From Promethearchaeota archaeon Loki_b31 (lineage in GTDB: Archaea > Asgardarchaeota > Lokiarchaeia > Sigyniarchaeales > SOKP01): DNA of 64,000 bases. This document shows positions 9,312-16,961 of the stretch, piece after piece. Where the stretch lies: the NCBI GenBank assembly GCA_005222975.1, contig NJBI01000003.1:1-64000 (forward strand). Reading direction: 5' to 3'. Both the position numbers and the translations under genes were made by a program. Under the pieces are notes generated by a model that worked only from the letters and a program-made list of their open reading frames with translations, made no database searches and had not been told where the DNA came from. Position 1 is the stretch's first letter; each line of letters starts with the position of its first letter.

Positions 9312-9536
9312 CAAGCAAAAATAAGCCAAACTTTACGAGAAAAAACCTCCCCAAGACATATACCAAAATTAATCTTTCAAGCACCCGAAGATGGTATTCC
9401 TTATACTTTCAGCAACAAAAAAGTCGAAATTGCCGTGACAAAGATTATTCACGGTATGGAAGTGGCCAATCGAAGCGCATTAAGGAATCCCACCTCTTTA
9501 GATTACTATATGGAAATGAAAGATAAGTTAAATTAA
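9297..9536 (+). pseudogene. Orphan 3' end (79 codons plus stop) of acetoacetate-CoA ligase; diverged direct repeat of 308-547
   Basis: LTDELQAKISQTLREKTSPRHIPKLIF...MEMKDKLN*. 70/79 aa identical to the first gene, no indels, no start codon. Confidence 0.92.
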
Positions 9537-9620
9537 AACAATAAATTTTTTTTATTATATTATTATTCTTTATAATTTAGATTAAAGAAAATCCATCATC
9601 TTCATTCATACAATTAATCT

Positions 9621-11282
9621 TTAATTATTATAGACATCTTTAAATTGTATTCTAATTACCTTCTTATCTAACTTACCTACGCTGGTCCTAGGGATAGAGT
9701 CCACAAATATGATCTTGTTTGGTATTTGCCATTTAGCAAAATTTTTGGTGAGATATTGACGAAGCTCTTCTTCAGTAATTGATTTAAAGTCTTCCCGTAG
9801 AACAACCAAAGCTAAAGGTCTTTCCTCCCATTTTGGATGTGGTAATCCTACTACGGCAGCTTCAAGTACACCTTTATGAGTCATTAATGTATTTTCCATA
9901 TCAATTGAACTAATCCATTCTCCACCGCTTTTAATCACATCTTTAATTCTATCTGTTATCTTTAGATATCCTTCAGAATCAATACAACCAGCATCACCAG
10001 TTCTAAAAAATCCATCTGGTGTAAAACTATCCTTTGTTCGATCTGAGTTATAATAACACCTGGTAATCCAAGGACTACGTAAAAGCACTTCTCCAGAAGA
10101 TTTCCCATCACTAGGAAGCTCATTACCCCTTTCATCTACTATTTTAATGTCTATACCTGAATTAATGGTACCTTGCTTTTTCTTAAGTTCCCAAAGATCC
10201 TCTTCAGAAAGTTCTTTTTTAAGCCAGGGTTTGAAATAATTTAGGGTGACAATTGCTAACCCTTCTGTAGAACCATAAGTATGTACAATTTCTCCACCAG
10301 TTTCATCCCAGAAACCTCGCATTAGAGTTATTGTAGGTTCAGATCCTCCGCAGAGGAAACGAGCACCGGTTAAATCTGGTTTTTCATCCATTTTTCGGAT
10401 TATTTCATGCATTGCCATCAAAACGGTTGGCACTGCAGCTGATATAGTTACTTTTTCTTTATCCATCAGATTAGTAAGTTCTTTTAGATCTTGTAAGCTC
10501 CACTTGCCCGAGAAAATTAATTTAGCCCCAGCATATGCTGAAGCTTGAGGTATCGACCAACCAAGGACATGGAACATGGGAACCATTTGAAAAACAACAT
10601 CATTCACTGATATAGAGAATTTAGCAGTAAACATTAAAGCATGAATATATACTTCTCGGTGAGAGTAATATACTCCTTTTGGTTTTCCAGTAGTACCTGT
10701 TGTATAACACGCTGCATATGAAGAATCTTCATCTAAGTAAGGCCATTCATATTTCGGTGAGGCATTATTCACAAGTTCTTCATAGCTATAAATTGGGTTA
10801 AGATCAGCTCTTATATCACTTAAATCCTTTTCAGTAATAATTATGTACCCTTTTATTTCCTTGCATAAAGCAGCTACAGATTCAGCTACACTAATCAGAT
10901 CTTCATCAACAATGATATATTTTGCACCAGAATGATTTATTACATAAGATAATTCCTCAGGAATAAGGTTTAGATTCAAAGAAACCATAACAGCCCCCAT
11001 TCCAGGAAGACCATAATAAATCTCAAAATGCTGATGATGATTCCATGCAATAACTCCAACTCTATCACCAACTTTTATACCAATAGAGTCTAACGCATTT
11101 GCTAATCTTTGCATTCTTTCATACGAATCCTTATAGGTATACTGAAATAAGGTATCATCACTTTTTCTTGTAATGATTTCTTGTTTCGCGAAATTTCTTA
11201 TACCCTGCCGCATATGGTTTATAACATTAAGCTGGTAATTCTTTTCTTGCTCAACCATAAAACCCTTAACAATCTTCCTCAT
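9621..11282 (-). CDS. Long/medium-chain fatty acid-CoA ligase (AlkK/DmdB-like)
   Basis: YTTGTTGKPKG, YGSTE, FRTGD, DRIKDVIKSGGEWISS, PKWEERP. Confidence 0.92.
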   Translation of the reverse strand: MRKIVKGFMVEQEKNYQLNVINHMRQGIRNFAKQEIITRKSDDTLFQYTYKDSYERMQRLANALDSIGIKVGDRVGVIAWNHHQHFEIYYGLPGMGAVMVSLNLNLIPEELSYVINHSGAKYIIVDEDLISVAESVAALCKEIKGYIIITEKDLSDIRADLNPIYSYEELVNNASPKYEWPYLDEDSSYAACYTTGTTGKPKGVYYSHREVYIHALMFTAKFSISVNDVVFQMVPMFHVLGWSIPQASAYAGAKLIFSGKWSLQDLKELTNLMDKEKVTISAAVPTVLMAMHEIIRKMDEKPDLTGARFLCGGSEPTITLMRGFWDETGGEIVHTYGSTEGLAIVTLNYFKPWLKKELSEEDLWELKKKQGTINSGIDIKIVDERGNELPSDGKSSGEVLLRSPWITRCYYNSDRTKDSFTPDGFFRTGDAGCIDSEGYLKITDRIKDVIKSGGEWISSIDMENTLMTHKGVLEAAVVGLPHPKWEERPLALVVLREDFKSITEEELRQYLTKNFAKWQIPNKIIFVDSIPRTSVGKLDKKVIRIQFKDVYNN

Positions 11283-11465
11283 TCAATCACTCTCCTTTTT
11301 ATTTATTATTAATTTTCTCCAGGCGTATTTTCCGTTTGACAGATATTTCTTTTAATTTTATACCGTTACAAAAAAAAAAGAAATATTCATCAAAAAGTAA
11401 AAAATATAAGACTCTTTAACCATAAGTATATTGAATTACTTAAAAATTTAAAAATGTAGTGAATT

Positions 11466-11660
11466 ATGACTTTAAAACCTATCAAAGAAGAAATAATTAA
11501 TCTTATACAAGAGTTACCTGATGATGCAACATTGGAGGATATTCAATATCATTTATTTGTAAAACAAAAGCTCTTAAGAGCTGAGGAACAAATAAAAGAA
11601 GGAAAAACTATTTCCCATGAAGAAGTCATGGAAAAGGCTAGGACGAAATGGTTCAAATAG
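11466..11660 (+). CDS. Antitoxin (addiction-module type)
   Basis: 64 aa, LPDDATLEDIQYHL...GKTISHEEV. Overlaps the downstream toxin. Confidence 0.8.
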   Translation: MTLKPIKEEIINLIQELPDDATLEDIQYHLFVKQKLLRAEEQIKEGKTISHEEVMEKARTKWFK

Positions 11661-11938
11661 AATGGTCTGAAGAATCTGAAGAAGATTTAAACGATATACT
11701 TTCGTATCTTTCAAAAAGCTCCTCTCAATATGCCAACTCTTTTTTTGAACGCGTTCATGAAGTTGTAGAATATATTAAACAATTTCCTAAAATGGGTCGA
11801 AAAGTTCCGGAATCTAAGAATCCAAGCGATAGGGAATTAGTTATTCAAAAATATAGACTAATTTATAGGTTTTTAGAGGAAGAGAATAGAATACTAATTA
11901 TGATGATAATTCATGGAAGTAGAGTATTGAAATTATAA
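11648..11938 (+). CDS. RelE/ParE family toxin
   Basis: IEWSEESEEDL...FPKMGRKVPE...RELVIQKYRLIYR...IIHGSR. Confidence 0.9.
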   Translation: MVQIEWSEESEEDLNDILSYLSKSSSQYANSFFERVHEVVEYIKQFPKMGRKVPESKNPSDRELVIQKYRLIYRFLEEENRILIMMIIHGSRVLKL

Positions 11939-12083
11939 GAACGACATTCTCTACATTCTCTTACATCAAAGAGGAACTTATATAGTTTTAAAACTTATTT
12001 TTTTACAATTTTTAAATTCTATTTTGTCTAATAATTCAATTATTTAAAAAGAATTAATAAAAAAATACATTATATAATATGCT

Positions 12084-12932
12084 ATGGAAGATAAAAGAAA
12101 AATAATCTCTGAAGGCGACGTTGTTAAATTTACAAAACACCCTAACACTATAACTTCCTTAAAACGCGATTTTAAAACGCTCGGTGTTGAAAAAGGTTCT
12201 GTTATTATAATGCATAGTTCGCTGAGTAAAATTGGTTGGACTGTTGGAGGGCCAGTATCCGTAGTTAAAGCGCTAACACAAGTTTTAACTCCAGAAGGTA
12301 CATTGGTAATGCCGACATTTACCAGTGGCAATTCCGAACCATCTCAATGGGAAAACCCTCCAGTACCTAAAAGTTGGTGGGGTATAATAAGAAAAGAGCT
12401 GCCCGCCTTCGAAGCTAAAATAACTCCTACTAGAGCAATGGGACGTATTGTAGAAACTTTTAGGAATTGGCCTAAAGTCTTTCGGAGTAATCATCCTAAT
12501 GTATCGTTCACTGCTTGGGGTAAGCAAGCAAAGTTTATTACCGAAAATCACGAATTAGAAGCAGAATTGGGCGAGAATTCTCCAACTTCCCGCCTTTACG
12601 ATCTTAACGGACAAATATTATTAGTGGGAGTAAACCACGAGAATAACTCTTCGTTGCATCTTGCTGAATATCGAAGCGGTTTCCCTAGAAGAAAGTATAT
12701 TCGAAATGGATGTGCGATGATGGTGAATAATCAGAGACAGTGGGTAGAATGGGAAGGTCTAGATTATGATAGCGATGATTTTGAGCTACTTGGAAAGAAT
12801 TATGAATCTAAAATCAATTTTAAACCAGGTAAAATTGGTCTGGCTGAAGCTCGATTGATTTCACTTCGAGATATAGTAGATTTTGGAGTAGATTGGTTAA
12901 CGGAAAAAAGAATAAAAAAGATATTAAGATAA
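12084..12932 (+). CDS. Aminoglycoside N3-acetyltransferase family protein (AAC(3)/YokD)
   Basis: MHSSLSKIGWTVGG, GTLVMPTFT, RSNHP, NSSLHLAE. Confidence 0.9.
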   Translation: MEDKRKIISEGDVVKFTKHPNTITSLKRDFKTLGVEKGSVIIMHSSLSKIGWTVGGPVSVVKALTQVLTPEGTLVMPTFTSGNSEPSQWENPPVPKSWWGIIRKELPAFEAKITPTRAMGRIVETFRNWPKVFRSNHPNVSFTAWGKQAKFITENHELEAELGENSPTSRLYDLNGQILLVGVNHENNSSLHLAEYRSGFPRRKYIRNGCAMMVNNQRQWVEWEGLDYDSDDFELLGKNYESKINFKPGKIGLAEARLISLRDIVDFGVDWLTEKRIKKILR

Positions 12933-12992
12933 ATATATTTTACCTTACATTATAAATTCTATAAAAAAAGAAAAAAATGAGGTCGTGTAAAA

Positions 12993-13550
12993 ATGAAAAA
13001 AGTTCTAATCGTTTATGGAACAAGATATGGAAGTACTGAAGAAGTTTCAAATAAGTTAGTGGATATTTTAAAAGAAAAAGGGATTGATACTTCTGCTATA
13101 AATTTTAAAGATTTAATAACTGAAAATCAACCCAATTTAGAGGAATACGATGGAATCATAATCGGTTCAGGTATAAAAGTAGGTCAATGGACAAAAGAAA
13201 CAAAAAAATTCATAGAAAATAATTTAGAATTTTTCAAAAATTCTAAGGTAGTTTTAGGTGTTTTTGTAAGCTCCGGTCTGGCAAGCAGTCCTGAAAAAAT
13301 AACTGAATTAAAAAAGGAATACATAGAGGATGTATTAAATCAATATGGAATAACAGCTGACTTATACGATCTGTTTGGAGGAGTTCTAGATTTATCTAAA
13401 GATTCAAATATTGGATTTTTGGGAAAAAAAATGGTAAAGATGGTTAGTAAAGAAGATCCTAGAATTAAACCTAACCAAAGAAATGATCTGAGAGACTGGA
13501 ATCAAATAAAGCAATTTACTGAAAACTACGCAAATTTATTGAAGAATTAA
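12993..13550 (+). CDS. Flavodoxin-domain protein (Flavodoxin_5/HemG-like)
   Basis: IVYGTRYGSTEE, FGG and DLRDWNQI motifs. Confidence 0.85.
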   Translation: MKKVLIVYGTRYGSTEEVSNKLVDILKEKGIDTSAINFKDLITENQPNLEEYDGIIIGSGIKVGQWTKETKKFIENNLEFFKNSKVVLGVFVSSGLASSPEKITELKKEYIEDVLNQYGITADLYDLFGGVLDLSKDSNIGFLGKKMVKMVSKEDPRIKPNQRNDLRDWNQIKQFTENYANLLKN

Positions 13551-13630
13551 ATCTTTTTTTTACTTTTTATTTAAATCACTAACATTATCAAAACCAGAAC
13601 ATTAAGTTTTAATAATTAAATATTATCGAA

Positions 13631-14515
13631 TTGAGGAACACCAGTGATATGACAAATCTTAGATCCAGCGAAGAAACAATTAATGAACATGATGTCTTCT
13701 CAAAAGTAACACTTGTCTATATGTCCCCTAATGGGAGTACTAGAAAATGTGCAGAATTAATTGCTGAACAAATAAAGGGAGAAGGGGAAGTTTTACTTAT
13801 TGACCTAGCAAGGATCGATTCCAGTGAATTGGAATCAATTATCTCTGAAACAACGTTACTCGGCGTTGGATCTCCTACATATCATCTGAACATGTTAGAT
13901 CCCGTAAAAATATTTCTGGAAGGAATCCCTAACATTCCCATTAATAAAAGCCAAGGGCGATGTTCTTTCTGTTTTACTACTTATGGACATGTAAACTCTG
14001 GAAAAACACTTATAAATATGGCTAAGATACTTCACAAGAAACATTACGCAGTATTGGGAGCTCTCAAACTTAGAGCAAAACATTTTTATCAAAAATCAAT
14101 TATGTTTCCCAATTCTGAAGATCAAGACCTGATATTGAAGTTTTGTGAAACCATTAAATATAGAATTACTAATCCTATTGAGTGGAGAAAATTATCAAAA
14201 ATGTTGAACTATCAATATCTGAAAGTTAAGTTAATATATCCAATTATTCAGATCTTTGGAAGTAGTTTCCGAGTGCCAAAATTCAACTTCAATAAGGATC
14301 TCTGCACTTCTTGTGGTTTGTGTGAGGAGAACTGCCCAACACACGTAATCATTATATCTGAATTACCTAAGAAACAGAAAGGATGTATTTACTGTTTCAA
14401 TTGTGTGATGTTTTGTCCAACAGGCGCAATCTATTCAGATCTTGATAAGGTCAAACGAATCTTAAAATTTGACGCAAAGGTATTACATGAAGAATCAATC
14501 AGAGAGATTATCTAA
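13631..14515 (+). CDS. EFR1-type flavodoxin-ferredoxin fusion
   Basis: N-terminal YMSPNGST flavodoxin loop and two CxxCxxCxxxCP motifs. Confidence 0.85.
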   Translation: MRNTSDMTNLRSSEETINEHDVFSKVTLVYMSPNGSTRKCAELIAEQIKGEGEVLLIDLARIDSSELESIISETTLLGVGSPTYHLNMLDPVKIFLEGIPNIPINKSQGRCSFCFTTYGHVNSGKTLINMAKILHKKHYAVLGALKLRAKHFYQKSIMFPNSEDQDLILKFCETIKYRITNPIEWRKLSKMLNYQYLKVKLIYPIIQIFGSSFRVPKFNFNKDLCTSCGLCEENCPTHVIIISELPKKQKGCIYCFNCVMFCPTGAIYSDLDKVKRILKFDAKVLHEESIREII

Positions 14516-14709
14516 GGTTGAAACAATATACAATTAAAAAAAATAATTAATAATCTCAAAATCAACAGTTTTATATTAAAATTATTTAAAAAAAAAGATA
14601 AGGTTAGATAACAATCGCAAAAAGAGAGTTTTTTACTTTTATACTAATTATTATTTACTACTTATATTATTAAATTATTACTTTGTTAGATTTATACTAC
14701 TTCTTTAAA

Positions 14710-14994
14710 TTAATAGCGATTTCGTCTACCGCCGCCGCCACCCCTATTGTATGAACCAAACTGAGGGGGTGCTTTCTCGGTTACTACAACGTTTGAAGCC
14801 TGCGGACCTTTCTGGCCCTCTGTTACATCAAACTCAACCTTATCGTTTTCGTTTAACGTCAAATATTCATCCTCTCCACCAGATAATGCGGTGTAATGAA
14901 CGAACACATCGTTACCTTCTTCAGAGTTTATAAATCCAAAGCCTTTTCGGCTATTAAACCATTTTACTGTTCCTTTTACCACTTTTAAAACCAA
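14710..14994 (-). CDS. Cold-shock domain protein with a Gly/Arg-rich C-terminal tail
   Basis: GTVKWFN..KGFGFI (RNP1), VFVHY (RNP2), tail [11 protein letters not shown]. Confidence 0.93.
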   Translation of the reverse strand: MVLKVVKGTVKWFNSRKGFGFINSEEGNDVFVHYTALSGGEDEYLTLNENDKVEFDVTEGQKGPQASNVVVTEKAPPQFGSYNRGGGGGRRNRY

Positions 14995-15124
14995 TTTTTT
15001 TTGAAAACAATTCTTTATTCTTTTCTTAAAGAATTAATTAAGAAAAGGATCCATGTCTAATTAATTTTTCTGTTTTTCTCATTTCTTATTCGTTTGATAT
15101 TTCAATTTCCTATTGTGATACTAA

Positions 15125-15685
15125 TTAGGATCTCACAGAAAATGCTTGTTTTTCAAGCGGTTCTTTAACTAAACCATAATAATTACGCGCGATGTATACA
15201 ATTTGGTCTTGCTTTAAGGGATCTAGTTTTTTACCGGTTAATTTTTCCTCATCGACATGAACTGCCAAAACTTCACCTAAGTATATTATGTGACTGCCAC
15301 ACTTTATTTTTTTGATGACTTTACATTCGATATTAATCGGGAATTCTTTAATGATTGGTACTTCTACTTCAGAACCTTTTTGCTTCGTTAAGTTAAGTTC
15401 TTTCCATTTATCTACTTTCTTCCCCGTTCTCGTTCCACAAAAATCCATCTCTCGAATTTGGTTTGCGTTCGGAACGTTAACCACGAATTCCTCCAATTTT
15501 TCAATTAGGGAATACGAGTGCCTTGATGGTCGAATAGAAACGGAGATTACCGGCGGTTCAGATACTACTCGAGCAACCCACGCAAGTGTTATGAGATTTG
15601 CTTCGTCCCATTCACCTACCGAAACAACAACGGCAGGAGATACGATAGGAGTTGTTGTTTTATTAATTTGTATCTTCAAAAGCAT
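15125..15685 (-). CDS. Flavin reductase family protein (DIM6/NTAB)
   Basis: PPVISVSIRPSRHSY, EFVVNVP, ECKV...GSH...GEV. Confidence 0.9.
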   Translation of the reverse strand: MLLKIQINKTTTPIVSPAVVVSVGEWDEANLITLAWVARVVSEPPVISVSIRPSRHSYSLIEKLEEFVVNVPNANQIREMDFCGTRTGKKVDKWKELNLTKQKGSEVEVPIIKEFPINIECKVIKKIKCGSHIIYLGEVLAVHVDEEKLTGKKLDPLKQDQIVYIARNYYGLVKEPLEKQAFSVRS

Positions 15686-16518
15686 TAATCAACCCAAAAA
15701 TCTTTTGCCAATCGTCTTCTTGTTTGCCACAGACCACCCTTTTCAGTGAAACCAATTACACCTTTACCTTGATCAGCGTCTTTTATTTTCCACATCCCGC
15801 TAACAGCCCCAGTTAAAGCGCCGGATAAAACCTCAAAGCCTTGAGCAGTATATAAATCGCACTCTACTCCTCGATTAATAATAAATTTTAGTTGACGCAT
15901 ACCTTGCTGGTTTTTGGATTTAAGCACGTCCAATAACAGTTCTACTTCGGTATCAAGTTGGTCGTTGGGCACAACCCGGTTCCATAGATTCCATTCTACT
16001 GCCTTTTCTCCAGAGTGGAGCGCACCGATAAGATTAATTTCCTTAGCTCTCCTTCGGCCTATAAGTCGAGATAATCGCGTAGTACCACCCCAACCGGGAG
16101 TTATTCCGACATCTACTTCGGGCATGCCCCATTTCGAGCGCTCGGTGGCAATTACAAAATCACACACCATAGTAACTTCCAAACCCCCACCTACCGCATA
16201 ACCGTCTACTGCTGCAATTGTGATTTTATCTAACTCTTCGAGCTGATTAGCCATATTTTGATAGTATCTTACCCGTCTTGTTATATCATTTGCATTTCCC
16301 CACTTAATCATTTCTTTAATATCATCGCCCACGCAGAAATTATCACCCGCGCCCTTGATAACTAAGAATTTGAGTTTTGTAGACTGTCTTACGATTTCTA
16401 TAGCAGCAACTATCTCTTCAGAAAGTTTCATGCTTAACGCGTTCATGACATCAGGTCGATTGAGCGTTATCCAAGCCACTTGGTCCGTCTCTTTATAAAT
16501 TAAATTTTCGAATTTCAT
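15685..16518 (-). CDS. Enoyl-CoA hydratase/isomerase (crotonase family)
   Basis: LNRPDVMNAL, FCVGDDI, GYAVGGGLE, PEVDVGITPGWGGT. Confidence 0.9.
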   Translation of the reverse strand: MKFENLIYKETDQVAWITLNRPDVMNALSMKLSEEIVAAIEIVRQSTKLKFLVIKGAGDNFCVGDDIKEMIKWGNANDITRRVRYYQNMANQLEELDKITIAAVDGYAVGGGLEVTMVCDFVIATERSKWGMPEVDVGITPGWGGTTRLSRLIGRRRAKEINLIGALHSGEKAVEWNLWNRVVPNDQLDTEVELLLDVLKSKNQQGMRQLKFIINRGVECDLYTAQGFEVLSGALTGAVSGMWKIKDADQGKGVIGFTEKGGLWQTRRRLAKDFWVD

Positions 16519-16691
16519 AATTTATTTTTGATTTATTTTTATTTAAATGTATAGAACGAAGTTTATCATTAATTATTTTTTAGAGGTTATTGGAAGAGTT
16601 GTACGCCATACGGCTAGCCATTTTGTAGTTAGGTCATTTATGATTATTTCGTTATATTAAATTATATTTTTTTCAATTTAAGATTAAATAT

Positions 16692-16706
16692 GAGAAAATT
16701 TATAAA
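16692..16706 (+). promoter_or_regulatory. Archaeal BRE-TATA promoter of the leu-leader/leuS transcript
   Basis: Purine-rich GAGAAAA directly followed by TTTATAAA (16699-16706). The predicted TSS near 16729-16733 coincides with the uORF ATG. Confidence 0.65.
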
Positions 16707-16732
16707 ATACAATTAATATATTTTCTATAATA

Positions 16733-16819
16733 ATGATCTCTAATAATACTGCTTCAAGAAATTCAATAAGAGCTTTTATACTTCTAGGAGATTTGCTTTT
16801 AGCATTATTATTATTGTGA
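16733..16819 (+). CDS. Putative leucine-rich leader peptide of leuS, MISNNTASRNSIRAFILLGDLLLALLLL
   Basis: 28 codons. 9 of the last 12 are Leu (CTT, CTA, TTG, TTA) and none of the first 16. Ends about 140 bp upstream of leucyl-tRNA synthetase. Confidence 0.8.
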   Translation: MISNNTASRNSIRAFILLGDLLLALLLL

Positions 16820-16870
16820 GTGAAACAAATCCACTCGATCTTTTTCTATTAAATTTTCTATGGATTTGTT
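16817..16870 (+). promoter_or_regulatory. Putative attenuator: alternative hairpins and U-rich tracts after the leader stop
   Basis: Perfect 10-bp stem AACAAATCCA (16824-16833) / TGGATTTGTT (16861-16870) around a U-rich loop. Competing hairpin TGAGTG/CACTCG (16817-16837) includes the stop codon. Confidence 0.6.
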
Positions 16871-16961
16871 CTCTCTGGGTATAAAATTTAATTGAAAGAG
16901 GTCATAGGTGGGTTGCTTGCTCTATGGAGATAAAAAGTTAACTTGAAAATAAATAAAAATA

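Noticed and set aside
12084-12932. AAC(3) homolog as an antibiotic-resistance gene
   Set aside because: The YokD-like family is widespread and its substrate cannot be inferred from sequence.
16580-16640. Slightly GC-richer patch with a GGCTAGCC palindrome and a 13-codon minus-strand ORF upstream of the crotonase gene
   Set aside because: Stems are short and there is no codon bias or recognisable RNA family.
16902-16927. Hairpin CATAG...CTATG overlapping a GGAG upstream of leuS, considered as an RBS-sequestering switch
   Set aside because: The GGAG is more than 30 nt from the candidate starts and the stem is G-U rich. It may belong to the leader but cannot be supported separately.
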